Origin: Escherichia coli
GTDB lineage: Bacteria; Pseudomonadota; Gammaproteobacteria; Enterobacterales; Enterobacteriaceae
Length of the DNA: 64,000 bases
Assembly (NCBI RefSeq): GCF_003018115.1
Contig: NZ_CP027457.1
Strand: one strand, 5' to 3'
Both the position numbers and the translations under genes were made by a program. Shown in pieces: positions 1 to 10,940 of this stretch; position 1 is the stretch's first letter, and each line of letters opens with the position of its first letter. The notes beneath the pieces were generated by a model. That model was given only the letters and a program-made list of their open reading frames with translations, had not been told where the DNA came from and did no database searches.

Positions 1-1886
1 TGATTCGTTCGCGTCTGGTGCTTGGTAAAACGGTGGACGATCTAGACCTCGATATTGCGGTGAGCAAAAACACGTTCCCGATTTTCGGTGCGGGCTGGGA
101 TCGTTTGATGGGACGTCAGAACGAGACGGTGAAAGTGACCACCTTTAACCGCCCGAAAGAGATGGCGGACCAGGTGTTTACGCTTAATGTGCTGGATGAC
201 AAAAACTACACTCTGAGCAGTGATGGCGGCTTTAGCGCCCGTGGGCAAGCGGGCCAGATGCTGAAAAAAGAAGGCGTCACGCTGATGGTTGAAGCCATTC
301 ACGCCCGCCCGGGCAGTGAGTTTACCGTCACCAAATACTCCACGTTGGGGATGATCAACCAACTGCAAAACAGCCTGACGGTAACGGAGAACGGCAAAGA
401 CGCAGGCGTACTGAGCCTGACTTATACCGGTGAAGATCGCGAACAGATCCGCGACATTCTTAACAGCATCGCCCGTAACTATCAGGAACAAAATATTGAG
501 CGCAAATCGGCGGAAGCGTCGAAAAGCCTCGCTTTCCTCGCGCAACAGTTACCGGAAGTACGTAGCCGCCTCGATGTTGCCGAAAACAAACTGAATGCCT
601 TCCGTCAGGATAAAGATTCTGTTGATCTGCCGCTGGAAGCGAAAGCGGTGCTCGATTCGATGGTGAACATCGACGCGCAGTTGAACGAACTGACCTTTAA
701 AGAGGCGGAAATCTCCAAGCTGTACACCAAAGTTCACCCCGCGTACCGCACGCTGCTGGAGAAACGTCAGGCGCTGGAAGACGAAAAAGCCAAACTTAAT
801 GGTCGCGTAACGGCGATGCCGAAAACCCAGCAGGAAATTGTCCGTCTGACCCGCGATGTCGAGTCTGGTCAGCAGGTCTATATGCAACTGCTGAATAAAG
901 AGCAGGAGCTGAAAATCACCGAAGCCAGCACCGTCGGCGATGTGCGCATTGTTGACCCGGCAATCACCCAGCCAGGTGTACTGAAACCGAAGAAAGGGCT
1001 GATTATCCTTGGGGCGATTATTCTTGGCCTGATGCTCTCTATCGTGGGTGTGCTGCTGCGCTCGTTGTTTAATCGCGGCATCGAAAGCCCGCAGGTGCTG
1101 GAAGAACACGGTATCAGCGTCTATGCCAGCATCCCGTTGTCGGAATGGCAGAAAGCGCGCGATAGCGTCAAAACCATCAAAGGGATTAAACGCTATAAAC
1201 AGAGCCAGCTACTGGCGGTGGGGAATCCAACCGATCTGGCGATTGAAGCCATCCGCAGTCTGCGTACCAGTCTGCACTTCGCGATGATGCAGGCGCAGAA
1301 CAATGTGTTGATGATGACCGGGGTTAGCCCGTCAATCGGTAAAACCTTTGTCTGCGCCAACCTGGCGGCGGTGATCAGCCAGACCAATAAACGCGTGTTG
1401 TTGATCGACTGCGATATGCGCAAAGGCTACACCCACGAGCTGTTGGGCACCAATAACGTCAATGGCCTGTCGGAAATTCTGATTGGTCAGGGCGATATTA
1501 CTACCGCAGCTAAACCGACCTCTATTGCCAAATTTGACCTGATCCCGCGCGGTCAGGTGCCGCCAAATCCTTCTGAACTGTTGATGAGCGAACGCTTTGC
1601 CGAACTGGTGAACTGGGCGAGTAAAAACTATGACCTGGTGTTGATTGATACGCCGCCGATTCTGGCAGTGACCGATGCGGCAATTGTTGGTCGTCATGTC
1701 GGAACCACATTAATGGTGGCGCGTTATGCGGTCAACACATTGAAAGAAGTGGAAACCAGTCTGAGCCGCTTTGAGCAAAACGGTATTCCGGTGAAAGGGG
1801 TGATTCTGAACTCCATCTTCCGCCGCGCCAGCGCGTATCAGGATTATGGCTATTACGAATACGAATATAAGTCGGATGCGAAATAA
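1..1886 (+). CDS. wzc: Wzc tyrosine autokinase / polysaccharide co-polymerase (colanic acid export); 5' end lies outside the window
   Basis: Frame open from window edge to TAA at 1884-1886; Walker A-like GVSPSIGKTF, LVLIDTPP, C-terminal Tyr cluster YQDYGYYEYEYK; recognised as E. coli Wzc and followed by wcaA-wcaM in canonical order. Confidence 0.95.
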   Translation, partial: IRSRLVLGKTVDDLDLDIAVSKNTFPIFGAGWDRLMGRQNETVKVTTFNRPKEMADQVFTLNVLDDKNYTLSSDGGFSARGQAGQMLKKEGVTLMVEAIHARPGSEFTVTKYSTLGMINQLQNSLTVTENGKDAGVLSLTYTGEDREQIRDILNSIARNYQEQNIERKSAEASKSLAFLAQQLPEVRSRLDVAENKLNAFRQDKDSVDLPLEAKAVLDSMVNIDAQLNELTFKEAEISKLYTKVHPAYRTLLEKRQALEDEKAKLNGRVTAMPKTQQEIVRLTRDVESGQQVYMQLLNKEQELKITEASTVGDVRIVDPAITQPGVLKPKKGLIILGAIILGLMLSIVGVLLRSLFNRGIESPQVLEEHGISVYASIPLSEWQKARDSVKTIKGIKRYKQSQLLAVGNPTDLAIEAIRSLRTSLHFAMMQAQNNVLMMTGVSPSIGKTFVCANLAAVISQTNKRVLLIDCDMRKGYTHELLGTNNVNGLSEILIGQGDITTAAKPTSIAKFDLIPRGQVPPNPSELLMSERFAELVNWASKNYDLVLIDTPPILAVTDAAIVGRHVGTTLMVARYAVNTLKEVETSLSRFEQNGIPVKGVILNSIFRRASAYQDYGYYEYEYKSDAK

Positions 1887-1894
1887 CGACATCC

Positions 1895-2003
1895 GCTGTC
1901 GGATGCGATGCTGACGCATCTTATCCGACCTACCTTCACGCCGCATCCGGCAAGCAAACCAGCTCCGTAGGCCGGATAAGGCGCTCACGCCGCATCCGGC
2001 AAC
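1895..2003. repeat. REP/BIME palindromic units between wzc and wcaA
   Basis: Several imperfect inverted copies of the REP motif (gtcggatgcg, ttatccgacc, gccgcatccggca, gccggataaggcgc, gccgcatccggca) in a non-coding gap. Confidence 0.8.
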
Positions 2004-2063
2004 AGAACCCGTAAACAAGCTTATAAACCGGCAGAACATCTCGATACTCCGGGAGAACAACCT

Positions 2064-2903
2064 ATGAAAGACAATCCGCTGATCTCAATCTATATGCCGA
2101 CCTGGAACCGCCAACAACTGGCGATTCGGGCGATAAAATCGGTCCTGCGCCAGGACTACAGCAACTGGGAGATGATCATCGTGGATGATTGCTCCACCTC
2201 CTGGGAACAACTGCAACAGTACGTCACCGCCCTCAACGATCCGCGTATTACCTACATTCACAACGACATTAACAGCGGGGCGTGCGCGGTACGTAACCAG
2301 GCGATTATGCTGGCGCAAGGGGAATACATTACCGGGATCGATGACGATGATGAATGGACGCCCAACCGCCTGAGCGTCTTCCTCGCCCATAAACAGCAAC
2401 TGGTCACTCACGCCTTTTTGTACGCTAACGACTACGTATGCCAGGGAGAAGTTTATTCCCAACCGGCAAGCTTACCACTGTATCCCAAATCGCCGTACTC
2501 ACGCCGCCTGTTCTATAAACGCAATATCATTGGCAATCAGGTTTTTACCTGGGCGTGGCGTTTCAAAGAGTGCTTGTTCGATACCGAACTGAAAGCAGCA
2601 CAGGATTACGACATCTTCCTGCGGATGGTGGTGGAGTATGGCGAACCGTGGAAAGTGGAAGAGGCGACGCAGATCCTGCATATCAATCACGGTGAAATGC
2701 AGATCACCTCGTCACCGAAAAAATTCTCCGGGTACTTCCACTTTTACCGCAAGCACAAAGATAAATTTGACCGTGCAAGCAAAAAATATCAGCTGTTTAC
2801 CCTCTACCAGATCCGCAATAAACGTATGACCTGGCGCACTTTGCTGACGCTGCTTTCGGTGCGTAACGGCAAACGTCTGGCTGATGGTATTCGGGGGCGC
2901 TAA
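2064..2903 (+). CDS. wcaA: Colanic acid glycosyltransferase WcaA (GT2)
   Basis: 279-aa ORF; GT2 signatures ISIYMPTWNR, IVDDCS, GIDDDDEW; position and sequence as K-12 wcaA. Confidence 0.95.
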   Translation: MKDNPLISIYMPTWNRQQLAIRAIKSVLRQDYSNWEMIIVDDCSTSWEQLQQYVTALNDPRITYIHNDINSGACAVRNQAIMLAQGEYITGIDDDDEWTPNRLSVFLAHKQQLVTHAFLYANDYVCQGEVYSQPASLPLYPKSPYSRRLFYKRNIIGNQVFTWAWRFKECLFDTELKAAQDYDIFLRMVVEYGEPWKVEEATQILHINHGEMQITSSPKKFSGYFHFYRKHKDKFDRASKKYQLFTLYQIRNKRMTWRTLLTLLSVRNGKRLADGIRGR

Positions 2904-2905
2904 AG

Positions 2906-3394
2906 ATGCTGGAAGATCTGCGCGCCAACAGCTGGAGTTTACGTCCGTGCTGCATGGTTCTAGCCTATCGCGTCGCTCATTTTTGTTCGGTGTGGCGCAA
3001 AAAGAACGTCCTCAACAATCTGTGGGCGGCCCCGCTGCTGGTGCTGTATCGCATTATCACCGAATGCTTTTTCGGTTATGAAATCCAGGCCGCCGCGACC
3101 ATTGGCCGCCGCTTTACTATCCATCACGGTTACGCCGTAGTGATCAATAAAAACGTGGTAGCGGGGGATGATTTCACCATTCGCCACGGCGTCACTATCG
3201 GCAATCGTGGTGCCGATAACATGGCATGTCCACATATTGGCAACGGCGTCGAACTCGGTGCCAACGTTATTATTCTTGGTGATATCACGCTTGGTAACAA
3301 CGTCACCGTGGGTGCGGGCAGCGTGGTGCTCGACTCTGTCCCGGACAACGCGCTGGTGGTGGGAGAAAAAGCGCGAGTGAAGGTAATTAAATGA
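2906..3394 (+). CDS. wcaB: Colanic acid O-acetyltransferase WcaB (hexapeptide-repeat family)
   Basis: 162-aa ORF with left-handed beta-helix hexapeptide repeats (IGNGVELGANVIILGDITLGNNVTVGAGSVV); synteny. Confidence 0.95.
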   Translation: MLEDLRANSWSLRPCCMVLAYRVAHFCSVWRKKNVLNNLWAAPLLVLYRIITECFFGYEIQAAATIGRRFTIHHGYAVVINKNVVAGDDFTIRHGVTIGNRGADNMACPHIGNGVELGANVIILGDITLGNNVTVGAGSVVLDSVPDNALVVGEKARVKVIK

Positions 3395-4608
3395 ATATTT
3401 TGCAATTTAATGTGCGACTGGCGGAAGGCGGGGCAGCAGGTGTGGCGTTAGATCTCCACCAGCGTGCGCTGCAACAGGGGCTAGCGTCACATTTTGTCTA
3501 CGGTTACGGCAAAGGCGGCAAAGAGAGCGTCAGCCATCAAAACTATCCGCAGGTCATCAAACATACGCCGCGGATGACTGCAATGGCGAATATTGTCCTG
3601 TTTCGTCTGTTTAATCGCGATCTGTTTGGCAATTTCAATGAGTTATATCGCACCATTACTCGCACACCGGGTCCGGTGGTCCTGCATTTTCATGTGCTGC
3701 ACAGCTACTGGCTAAATCTTAAGAGCGTGGTGCGCTTTTGCGAAAAAGTGAAAAACCATAAACCGGACGTCACTCTGGTCTGGACGCTGCACGACCACTG
3801 GAGTGTTACCGGACGCTGCGCCTTTACCGACGGTTGCGAAGGCTGGAAAACAGGCTGCCAGAAATGCCCGACCTTAAATAATTATCCGCCGGTGAAGATT
3901 GATCGGGCGCACCAGCTGGTGGCGGGCAAACGCCAGTTATTCCGTGAGATGCTGGCGCTGGGCTGTCAGTTTATTTCCCCCAGCCAGCATGTGGCTGACG
4001 CTTTCAATAGCCTGTACGGTCCAGGGCGTTGCCGGATTATCAATAACGGTATTGATATGGCAACCGAAGCGATTCTGGCGGATCTGCCTCCGGTGCGCGA
4101 AACCCAGGGTAAGCCGAAAATCGCGGTGGTGGCGCATGACCTGCGTTACGACGGCAAGACTAACCAGCAACTGGTGCGTGAGATGATGGCGCTGGGCGAC
4201 AAAATCGAACTGCATACCTTTGGTAAGTTCTCGCCGTTCACCGCTGGTAACGTGGTTAATCACGGCTTTGAAACCGACAAACGTAAGCTGATGAGCGCGC
4301 TCAATCAGATGGATGCGCTGGTATTCAGTTCTCGCGTCGATAACTACCCGCTGATTTTGTGTGAGGCGCTATCGATTGGCGTGCCGGTGATTGCCACCCA
4401 TAGCGACGCGGCGCGGGAAGTGCTGCAAAAATCCGGCGGTAAAACCGTCAGCGAAGAAGACGTGCTGCAACTGGTGCAGTTAAGCAAACCGGAAATCGCG
4501 CAGGCGATATTTGGTACCACGTTGGCCGGGTTCAGCCAACGTAGCCGCGCCGCCTACAGTGGACAACAGATGCTGGAGGAGTATGTCAACTTCTATCAGA
4601 ATCTGTAG
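3391..4608 (+). CDS. wcaC: Colanic acid glycosyltransferase WcaC
   Basis: 405-aa ORF, ATGA overlap with wcaB stop; GT4-like C-terminal half (PLILCEALSIGVPVIAT); synteny. Confidence 0.95.
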   Translation: MNILQFNVRLAEGGAAGVALDLHQRALQQGLASHFVYGYGKGGKESVSHQNYPQVIKHTPRMTAMANIVLFRLFNRDLFGNFNELYRTITRTPGPVVLHFHVLHSYWLNLKSVVRFCEKVKNHKPDVTLVWTLHDHWSVTGRCAFTDGCEGWKTGCQKCPTLNNYPPVKIDRAHQLVAGKRQLFREMLALGCQFISPSQHVADAFNSLYGPGRCRIINNGIDMATEAILADLPPVRETQGKPKIAVVAHDLRYDGKTNQQLVREMMALGDKIELHTFGKFSPFTAGNVVNHGFETDKRKLMSALNQMDALVFSSRVDNYPLILCEALSIGVPVIATHSDAAREVLQKSGGKTVSEEDVLQLVQLSKPEIAQAIFGTTLAGFSQRSRAAYSGQQMLEEYVNFYQNL

Positions 4609-5800
4609 CTACCTGCTGCTGCCGCTGATCTACCTGCTGGTTAACGTCAAAATCGCCCAGCTTGGTGAAAGTTTCCCCATCACTATCGTCACTTTTTTAC
4701 CTGTCTTGTTACTGCTGTTTTTAGAACGCATCAGCGTTAAAAAATTGATGATTGCCTTAGGGGTTGGCGCGGGGCTCACGGCGTTCAACTATCTGTTTGG
4801 TCAGTCGTTGGATGCCAGTAAATACGTCACTTCAACCATGCTGTTTGTCTATATTGTGATCATTATTGGCATGGTGTGGAGTATTCGCTTTAAAACGATT
4901 TCGCCACACAACCATCGCAAGATATTACGTTTCTTTTATCTGGTGGTCGGGCTGGTGGTGGCGCTGGCGGCGGTGGAGATGGCGCAAATTATCCTCACCG
5001 GTGGCAGCAGTATTATGGAGTCGATTTCGAAATATCTGATTTATAGCAACAGCTATGTACTGAATTTCATTAAATTCGGCGGCAAGCGCACGACAGCACT
5101 TTATTTCGAACCGGCATTTTTCGCTCTGGCATTAATCTCAATTTGGCTCAGCATCAAACAGTTTGGTATCAAAACGCCTAAAACAGATGCTATGATTCTC
5201 GCAGGGATAATATTATCCGGATCGTTTTCAGGGGTTATGACCTTTATCCTGTTTTATTTGCTGGAGTGGGCATTCCAATATCTGAATAAAGAGGCGATTA
5301 AGAAAAAGTTACCGTTAGCATTGATTTCTCTGGCTGTATTCCTGGTTGGTGTGGTAATCGCGTTTCCTTATATTTCCACCCGTCTGGGCGATTTAGGTAC
5401 GGAAGGATCGTCATCGTATTATCGTATTGTCGGTCCGCTGGTGATGGTCGGTTATTCTTTGACCCATATTGACGGTGTAGTCAGATTTGGCTCACTTTAT
5501 GAATATGTCGCATCATTCGGAATATTTAACGGTGCGGATGTCGGAAAAACCATAGACAATGGTTTGTATCTGCTGATTATTTATTTTTCCTGGTTCGCGG
5601 TGTTTTTATCGCTGTGGTACATGGGGAAAGTGATAAAAATGATGATCAACGCTTTTGGTGATAACCGCAATTTTCGCGTGCAATTATATCTTTTTACTCC
5701 GGTTTCGCTGTTTTTTACCGGTTCGATATTTAGCCCGGAATATGCATTTTTAATCGTCTGTCCGTTTATTTTGCGAAAAGCGTTAAATATTACGAGGTAA
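4583..5800 (+). CDS. wcaD: Colanic acid polymerase WcaD (Wzy-type, polytopic membrane protein)
   Basis: ORF track starts at 4511, but ATG at 4583 gives the 405-aa K-12 form [15 protein letters not shown]; strongly hydrophobic multi-TM sequence. Confidence 0.93.
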   Translation: MSTSIRICSYLLLPLIYLLVNVKIAQLGESFPITIVTFLPVLLLLFLERISVKKLMIALGVGAGLTAFNYLFGQSLDASKYVTSTMLFVYIVIIIGMVWSIRFKTISPHNHRKILRFFYLVVGLVVALAAVEMAQIILTGGSSIMESISKYLIYSNSYVLNFIKFGGKRTTALYFEPAFFALALISIWLSIKQFGIKTPKTDAMILAGIILSGSFSGVMTFILFYLLEWAFQYLNKEAIKKKLPLALISLAVFLVGVVIAFPYISTRLGDLGTEGSSSYYRIVGPLVMVGYSLTHIDGVVRFGSLYEYVASFGIFNGADVGKTIDNGLYLLIIYFSWFAVFLSLWYMGKVIKMMINAFGDNRNFRVQLYLFTPVSLFFTGSIFSPEYAFLIVCPFILRKALNITR

Positions 5801-5810
5801 GAATAAGAAC

Positions 5811-6557
5811 ATGTTGCTTAGCATAATCACTGTCGCGTTTCGTAACCTCGAAGGGATAGTCAAAACACATGCCTCGCTGGCGCATCTGGCGCAGGCGGAC
5901 GATATCAGCTTCGAATGGATTGTTGTCGATGGCGGTTCCAACGACGGTACCCGTGAGTATCTGGAGAATCTCAATAGTATCTATAACCTACGCTTTGTCA
6001 GCGAGCCAGATAACGGTATCTACGACGCCATGAACAAGGGCATTGCGATGGCACAAGGCAAGTTCGCGTTGTTTCTCAACTCGGGCGATATTTTTCATCA
6101 GGATGCCGCAAATTTTGTTCGTAAGTTAAAAATGCAAAAAGATAACGTGATGATCACCGGCGATGCGCTGCTGGATTTTGGCGACGGGCATAAAATTAAG
6201 CGTAGTGCTAAACCGGGTTGGTATATTTATCACAGCCTGCCCGCCAGCCATCAGGCGATATTTTTCCCGGTATCCGGTTTGAAAAAATGGCGTTATGACC
6301 TGGAATATAAAGTTTCTTCTGATTACGCGCTGGCAGCTAAAATGTATAAAGCAGGTTATGCATTTAAAAAACTCAATGGCCTGGTGTCTGAATTTTCCAT
6401 GGGTGGGGTATCAACCACCAATAATATGGAATTGTGTGCTGACGCCAAAAAAGTCCAACGGCAGATATTACATGTGCCTGGCTTCTGGGCAGAATTATCC
6501 TGGCATTTACGCCAACGTACTACCTCAAAGACGAAAGCCTTATATAACAAAAGCTGA
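5811..6557 (+). CDS. wcaE: Colanic acid glycosyltransferase WcaE (GT2)
   Basis: 248-aa [23 protein letters not shown]2 motifs; synteny. Confidence 0.95.
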   Translation: MLLSIITVAFRNLEGIVKTHASLAHLAQADDISFEWIVVDGGSNDGTREYLENLNSIYNLRFVSEPDNGIYDAMNKGIAMAQGKFALFLNSGDIFHQDAANFVRKLKMQKDNVMITGDALLDFGDGHKIKRSAKPGWYIYHSLPASHQAIFFPVSGLKKWRYDLEYKVSSDYALAAKMYKAGYAFKKLNGLVSEFSMGGVSTTNNMELCADAKKVQRQILHVPGFWAELSWHLRQRTTSKTKALYNKS

Positions 6558-6572
6558 ATATAAGGGAAAACG

Positions 6573-7121
6573 ATGCAGGATTTAAGCGGTTTCTCGGTGC
6601 CGAAAGGGTTCCGGGGCGGCAACGCTATTAAAGTGCAATTATGGTGGGCAGTACAGGCAACAATATTTGCCTGGTCGCCACAAGTATTGTATCGCTGGCG
6701 GGCTTTTTTATTACGTTTATTCGGAGCAAAAATAGGAAAAAACGTAGTTATTCGTCCGTCAGTAAAAATTACCTATCCGTGGAAATTAACCTTAGGTGAT
6801 TACGCGTGGGTCGGCGATGACGTCAATTTATATACCCTCGGTGAAATAACCATTGGCGCACATTCGGTGATATCGCAAAAAAGTTATTTATGCACCGGTA
6901 GCCACGACCATGCAAGTCAACATTTCACCATTAACGCCACGCCTATTGTGATTGGCGAGAAATGCTGGCTGGCAACCGATGTCTTTGTTGCCCCAGGCGT
7001 CACAATCGGCGACGGCACTGTCGTGGGTGCACGAAGCAGTGTTTTTAAATCGCTTCCGGCAAATGTGGTTTGCCGGGGGAATCCCGCAGTGGTGATACGC
7101 GAACGCGTTGAAACTGAATAA
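6573..7121 (+). CDS. wcaF: Colanic acid O-acetyltransferase WcaF (hexapeptide-repeat family)
   Basis: 182-aa ORF with hexapeptide repeats (VAPGVTIGDGTVVGARSSV); synteny. Confidence 0.95.
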   Translation: MQDLSGFSVPKGFRGGNAIKVQLWWAVQATIFAWSPQVLYRWRAFLLRLFGAKIGKNVVIRPSVKITYPWKLTLGDYAWVGDDVNLYTLGEITIGAHSVISQKSYLCTGSHDHASQHFTINATPIVIGEKCWLATDVFVAPGVTIGDGTVVGARSSVFKSLPANVVCRGNPAVVIRERVETE

Positions 7122-7146
7122 ATTCAAAAATACAGAGGAATAAGAC

Positions 7147-8268
7147 ATGTCAAAAGTCGCTCTCATCACCGGTGTAACCGGACAAGACGGTTCTTACCTG
7201 GCAGAGTTTCTGCTGGAAAAAGGTTACGAGGTGCATGGTATTAAGCGTCGCGCATCGTCATTCAACACCGAGCGCGTGGATCACATTTATCAGGATCCGC
7301 ACACCTGCAACCCGAAATTCCATCTGCATTATGGCGACCTGAGTGATACCTCTAACCTGACGCGCATTTTGCGTGAAGTACAGCCGGATGAAGTGTACAA
7401 CCTGGGGGCAATGAGCCACGTTGCGGTCTCTTTTGAGTCACCAGAATATACCGCTGACGTCGACGCGATGGGTACGCTGCGCCTGCTGGAGGCGATCCGC
7501 TTCCTCGGTCTGGAAAAGAAAACCCGTTTTTATCAGGCTTCCACCTCTGAACTGTACGGTCTGGTGCAGGAAATTCCGCAGAAAGAAACCACGCCGTTCT
7601 ACCCGCGATCTCCGTATGCGGTCGCCAAACTGTACGCCTACTGGATCACCGTTAACTACCGCGAATCCTACGGCATGTACGCCTGTAACGGTATTCTCTT
7701 CAACCATGAATCCCCGCGCCGCGGTGAAACCTTCGTTACCCGCAAAATCACCCGCGCAATCGCCAATATCGCCCAGGGGCTGGAGTCGTGCCTGTACCTC
7801 GGCAATATGGATTCCCTGCGTGACTGGGGCCATGCCAAAGACTACGTAAAAATGCAGTGGATGATGCTGCAACAGGAACAGCCGGAAGATTTCGTTATTG
7901 CTACCGGCGTTCAGTACTCCGTACGTCAGTTCGTGGAAATGGCGGCAGCACAGTTGGGCATCAAACTGCGCTTTGAAGGCACGGGTGTTGAAGAGAAGGG
8001 CATTGTGGTTTCCGTCACCGGGCATGACGCGCCGGGCGTTAAACCGGGTGATGTGATTATCGCCGTTGATCCGCGTTACTTCCGTCCGGCAGAAGTTGAA
8101 ACGCTGCTCGGCGACCCGACCAAAGCGCACGAAAAACTGGGCTGGAAACCGGAAATCACCCTCAGAGAGATGGTGTCTGAAATGGTGGCTAATGACCTCG
8201 AAGCGGCGAAAAAACACTCTCTGCTGAAATCTCACGGCTACGACGTGGCGATCGCGCTGGAGTCATAA
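7147..8268 (+). CDS. gmd: GDP-mannose 4,6-dehydratase
   Basis: 373-aa ORF; SDR Rossmann motif [17 protein letters not shown], catalytic YAVAK; synteny with fcl. Confidence 0.97.
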
Positions 8269-8270
8269 GC

Positions 8271-9236
8271 ATGAGTAAACAACGCATTTTTATCGCTGGC
8301 CATCGTGGGATGGTCGGTTCTGCCATCAAGCGGCAGCTCGAACAGCGCGGTGATGTGGATCTGGTATTACGTACCCGCGACGAGCTGAACCTGCTGGACA
8401 GCCGCGCCGTGCATGATTTCTTTGCCAGCGAACGCATTGACCAGGTCTATCTGGCGGCGGCGAAAGTGGGCGGCATTGTTGCCAACAACACCTATCCGGC
8501 GGATTTCATCTACCAGAACATGATGATTGAGAGCAACATCATTCACGCCGCGCATCAGAACGACGTGAACAAACTGCTGTTTCTCGGATCGTCCTGCATC
8601 TACCCGAAACTGGCAAAACAGCCGATGGCAGAAAGCGAGTTATTGCAGGGCACGCTGGAGCCGACCAACGAGCCTTACGCCATTGCCAAAATCGCCGGGA
8701 TCAAACTGTGCGAATCTTACAATCGCCAGTACGGACGAGATTACCGCTCGGTCATGCCGACCAACCTGTATGGCCCGCATGACAACTTCCACCCGAGTAA
8801 TTCGCATGTGATCCCAGCATTGCTGCGTCGCTTCCACGAGGCGACGGCACAGAATGCGCCGGACGTGGTGGTGTGGGGCAGCGGTACACCGATGCGTGAA
8901 TTCCTGCACGTCGATGATATGGCGGCGGCGAGCATTCATGTGATGGAGCTGGCGCACGAAGTCTGGCTGGAAAACACCCAGCCGATGCTGTCGCACATTA
9001 ACGTCGGCACGGGCGTTGACTGCACTATCCGCGAGCTGGCGCAAACCATCGCCAAAGTGGTGGGTTACAAAGGTCGGGTGGTTTTTGATGCCAGTAAACC
9101 GGATGGTACGCCGCGCAAACTGCTTGATGTGACGCGCCTGCATCAGCTTGGCTGGTATCACGAAATCTCACTGGAAGCGGGGCTTGCCAGCACTTACCAG
9201 TGGTTCCTTGAGAATCAAGACCGCTTTCGGGGGTAA
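8271..9236 (+). CDS. fcl: GDP-L-fucose synthase (GDP-4-keto-6-deoxymannose epimerase/reductase)
   Basis: 321-aa [14 protein letters not shown]ossmann motif, YAIAK; directly follows gmd. Confidence 0.97.
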   Translation: MSKQRIFIAGHRGMVGSAIKRQLEQRGDVDLVLRTRDELNLLDSRAVHDFFASERIDQVYLAAAKVGGIVANNTYPADFIYQNMMIESNIIHAAHQNDVNKLLFLGSSCIYPKLAKQPMAESELLQGTLEPTNEPYAIAKIAGIKLCESYNRQYGRDYRSVMPTNLYGPHDNFHPSNSHVIPALLRRFHEATAQNAPDVVVWGSGTPMREFLHVDDMAAASIHVMELAHEVWLENTQPMLSHINVGTGVDCTIRELAQTIAKVVGYKGRVVFDASKPDGTPRKLLDVTRLHQLGWYHEISLEAGLASTYQWFLENQDRFRG

Positions 9237-9238
9237 TG

Positions 9239-9718
9239 ATGTTTTTACGTCAGGAAGACTTTGCCACGGTAGTGCGCTCCACACCGCTTGTCTCTCTCGA
9301 CTTTATTGTCGAGAACAGTCGCGGCGAGTTTCTGCTTGGCAAAAGAACCAACCGCCCGGCGCAGGGTTACTGGTTTGTGCCGGGAGGGCGCGTGCAGAAA
9401 GACGAAACGCTGGAAGCCGCATTCGAGCGGCTGACGATGGCGGAACTGGGGCTGCGTCTGCCGATAACAGCAGGCCAGTTTTACGGTGTCTGGCAGCACT
9501 TTTATGACGATAACTTCTCCGGCACGGATTTCACCACTCACTATGTGGTGCTCGGTTTTCGCTTCAGAGTCGCTGAAGAAGATCTGATACTGCCGGATGA
9601 GCAGCATGACGATTACCGCTGGCTGACGCCGGACGCGCTGCTCGCCAGTAACGATGTTCACGCTAACAGCCGCGCCTATTTTCTCGCTGAGAAGCGTGCC
9701 GGAGTACCCGGATTATGA
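9239..9718 (+). CDS. gmm: GDP-mannose mannosyl hydrolase (Nudix)
   Basis: Nudix box [23 protein letters not shown]; tandem ATGs at 9236/9239, and 9239 gives the 159-aa K-12 form MFLRQEDF. Confidence 0.93.
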   Translation: MFLRQEDFATVVRSTPLVSLDFIVENSRGEFLLGKRTNRPAQGYWFVPGGRVQKDETLEAAFERLTMAELGLRLPITAGQFYGVWQHFYDDNFSGTDFTTHYVVLGFRFRVAEEDLILPDEQHDDYRWLTPDALLASNDVHANSRAYFLAEKRAGVPGL

Positions 9719-10938
9719 AAATACTGGTCTACGGCATTAACTACTCGCCGGAGTTAACCGGTATCGGCAAATACACCGGCGAGATGGTGGAATGGCTGGC
9801 GGCACAAGGTCATGAGGTGCGGGTTATTACCGCACCGCCTTACTACCCGCAGTGGCAGGTGGGTGAGAACTATTCCGCCTGGCGCTACAAACGAGAAGAG
9901 GGGGCCGCCACGGTGTGGCGCTGCCCGCTGTATGTGCCAAAACAGCCGAGCACCCTGAAACGCCTGTTGCATCTCGGCAGTTTTGCCGTCAGCAGTTTCT
10001 TTCCACTGATGGCGCAACGTCGCTGGAAGCCGGATCGCATTATCGGCGTAGTGCCAACGCTGTTTTGCACGCCGGGAATGCGCCTGCTGGCGAAGCTCTC
10101 TGGTGCGCGTACCGTGCTGCATATTCAGGATTACGAAGTGGACGCCATGCTGGGGCTGGGCCTTGCCGGAAAAGGCAAAGGCGGCAAAGTGGCACAGCTG
10201 GCAACGGCGTTCGAACGTAGCGGACTGCATAACGTCGATAACGTTTCCACGATTTCGCGTTCGATGATGAATAAAGCCATCGAAAAAGGCGTGGCGGCGG
10301 ATAACGTCATCTTCTTCCCCAACTGGTCGGAAATTGCCCGTTTTCAACATGTTGCAGACGCCGATGTTGATGCCCTTCGTAACCAGCTTGGCCTGCCGGA
10401 TAACAAAAAAATCATTCTTTACTCCGGCAATATTGGTGAAAAGCAGGGGCTGGAAAACGTTATTGAAGCTGCCGATCGTCTGCGCGATGAACCGCTGATT
10501 TTTGCCATTGTCGGGCAGGGCGGCGGCAAAGCGCGGCTGGAAAAAATGGCGCAGCAGCGTGGACTGCGCAACATGCAATTTTTCCCGCTGCAATCGTATG
10601 ACGCTTTACCCGCACTGCTGAAGATGGGCGATTGCCATCTGGTGGTGCAAAAACGCGGCGCGGCAGATGCCGTATTGCCGTCGAAACTGACCAATATTCT
10701 GGCGGTAGGCGGTAACGCGGTGATTACCGCAGAGGCCCACACAGAACTGGGGCAGCTTTGCGAAACCTTTCCGGGCATTGCGGTTTGCGTAGAACCGGAA
10801 TCGGTCGAGGCGCTGGTGGCGGGGATCCGTCAGGCGCTCCTGCTGCCCAAACACAACACGGTGGCACGTGAATATGCCGAACGCACACTCGATAAAGAGA
10901 ACGTGTTACGTCAATTTATAAATGATATTCGGGGATAA
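9715..10938 (+). CDS. wcaI: Colanic acid glycosyltransferase WcaI
   Basis: 407-aa ORF, ATGA overlap with gmm; GT-B type C-terminal half; synteny. Confidence 0.95.
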   Translation: MKILVYGINYSPELTGIGKYTGEMVEWLAAQGHEVRVITAPPYYPQWQVGENYSAWRYKREEGAATVWRCPLYVPKQPSTLKRLLHLGSFAVSSFFPLMAQRRWKPDRIIGVVPTLFCTPGMRLLAKLSGARTVLHIQDYEVDAMLGLGLAGKGKGGKVAQLATAFERSGLHNVDNVSTISRSMMNKAIEKGVAADNVIFFPNWSEIARFQHVADADVDALRNQLGLPDNKKIILYSGNIGEKQGLENVIEAADRLRDEPLIFAIVGQGGGKARLEKMAQQRGLRNMQFFPLQSYDALPALLKMGDCHLVVQKRGAADAVLPSKLTNILAVGGNAVITAEAHTELGQLCETFPGIAVCVEPESVEALVAGIRQALLLPKHNTVAREYAERTLDKENVLRQFINDIRG

Positions 10939-10940
10939 TT

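Noticed and set aside
4511-4582. 24-codon extension of wcaD overlapping wcaC
   Set aside because: The K-12 WcaD form begins [12 protein letters not shown] at 4583. The extension is simply the alternative frame of the wcaC 3' end.
7438-8235. 265-aa ORF on the minus strand inside gmd
   Set aside because: It is entirely antisense to a strongly supported conserved gene. The composition is Arg/Phe/His-rich and low in complexity, typical of a shadow ORF in GC-balanced coding DNA. It has no independent start context.
9754-10593. 279-aa minus-strand ORF inside wcaI
   Set aside because: Shadow ORF antisense to wcaI, with no SD or promoter and no recognisable motifs.
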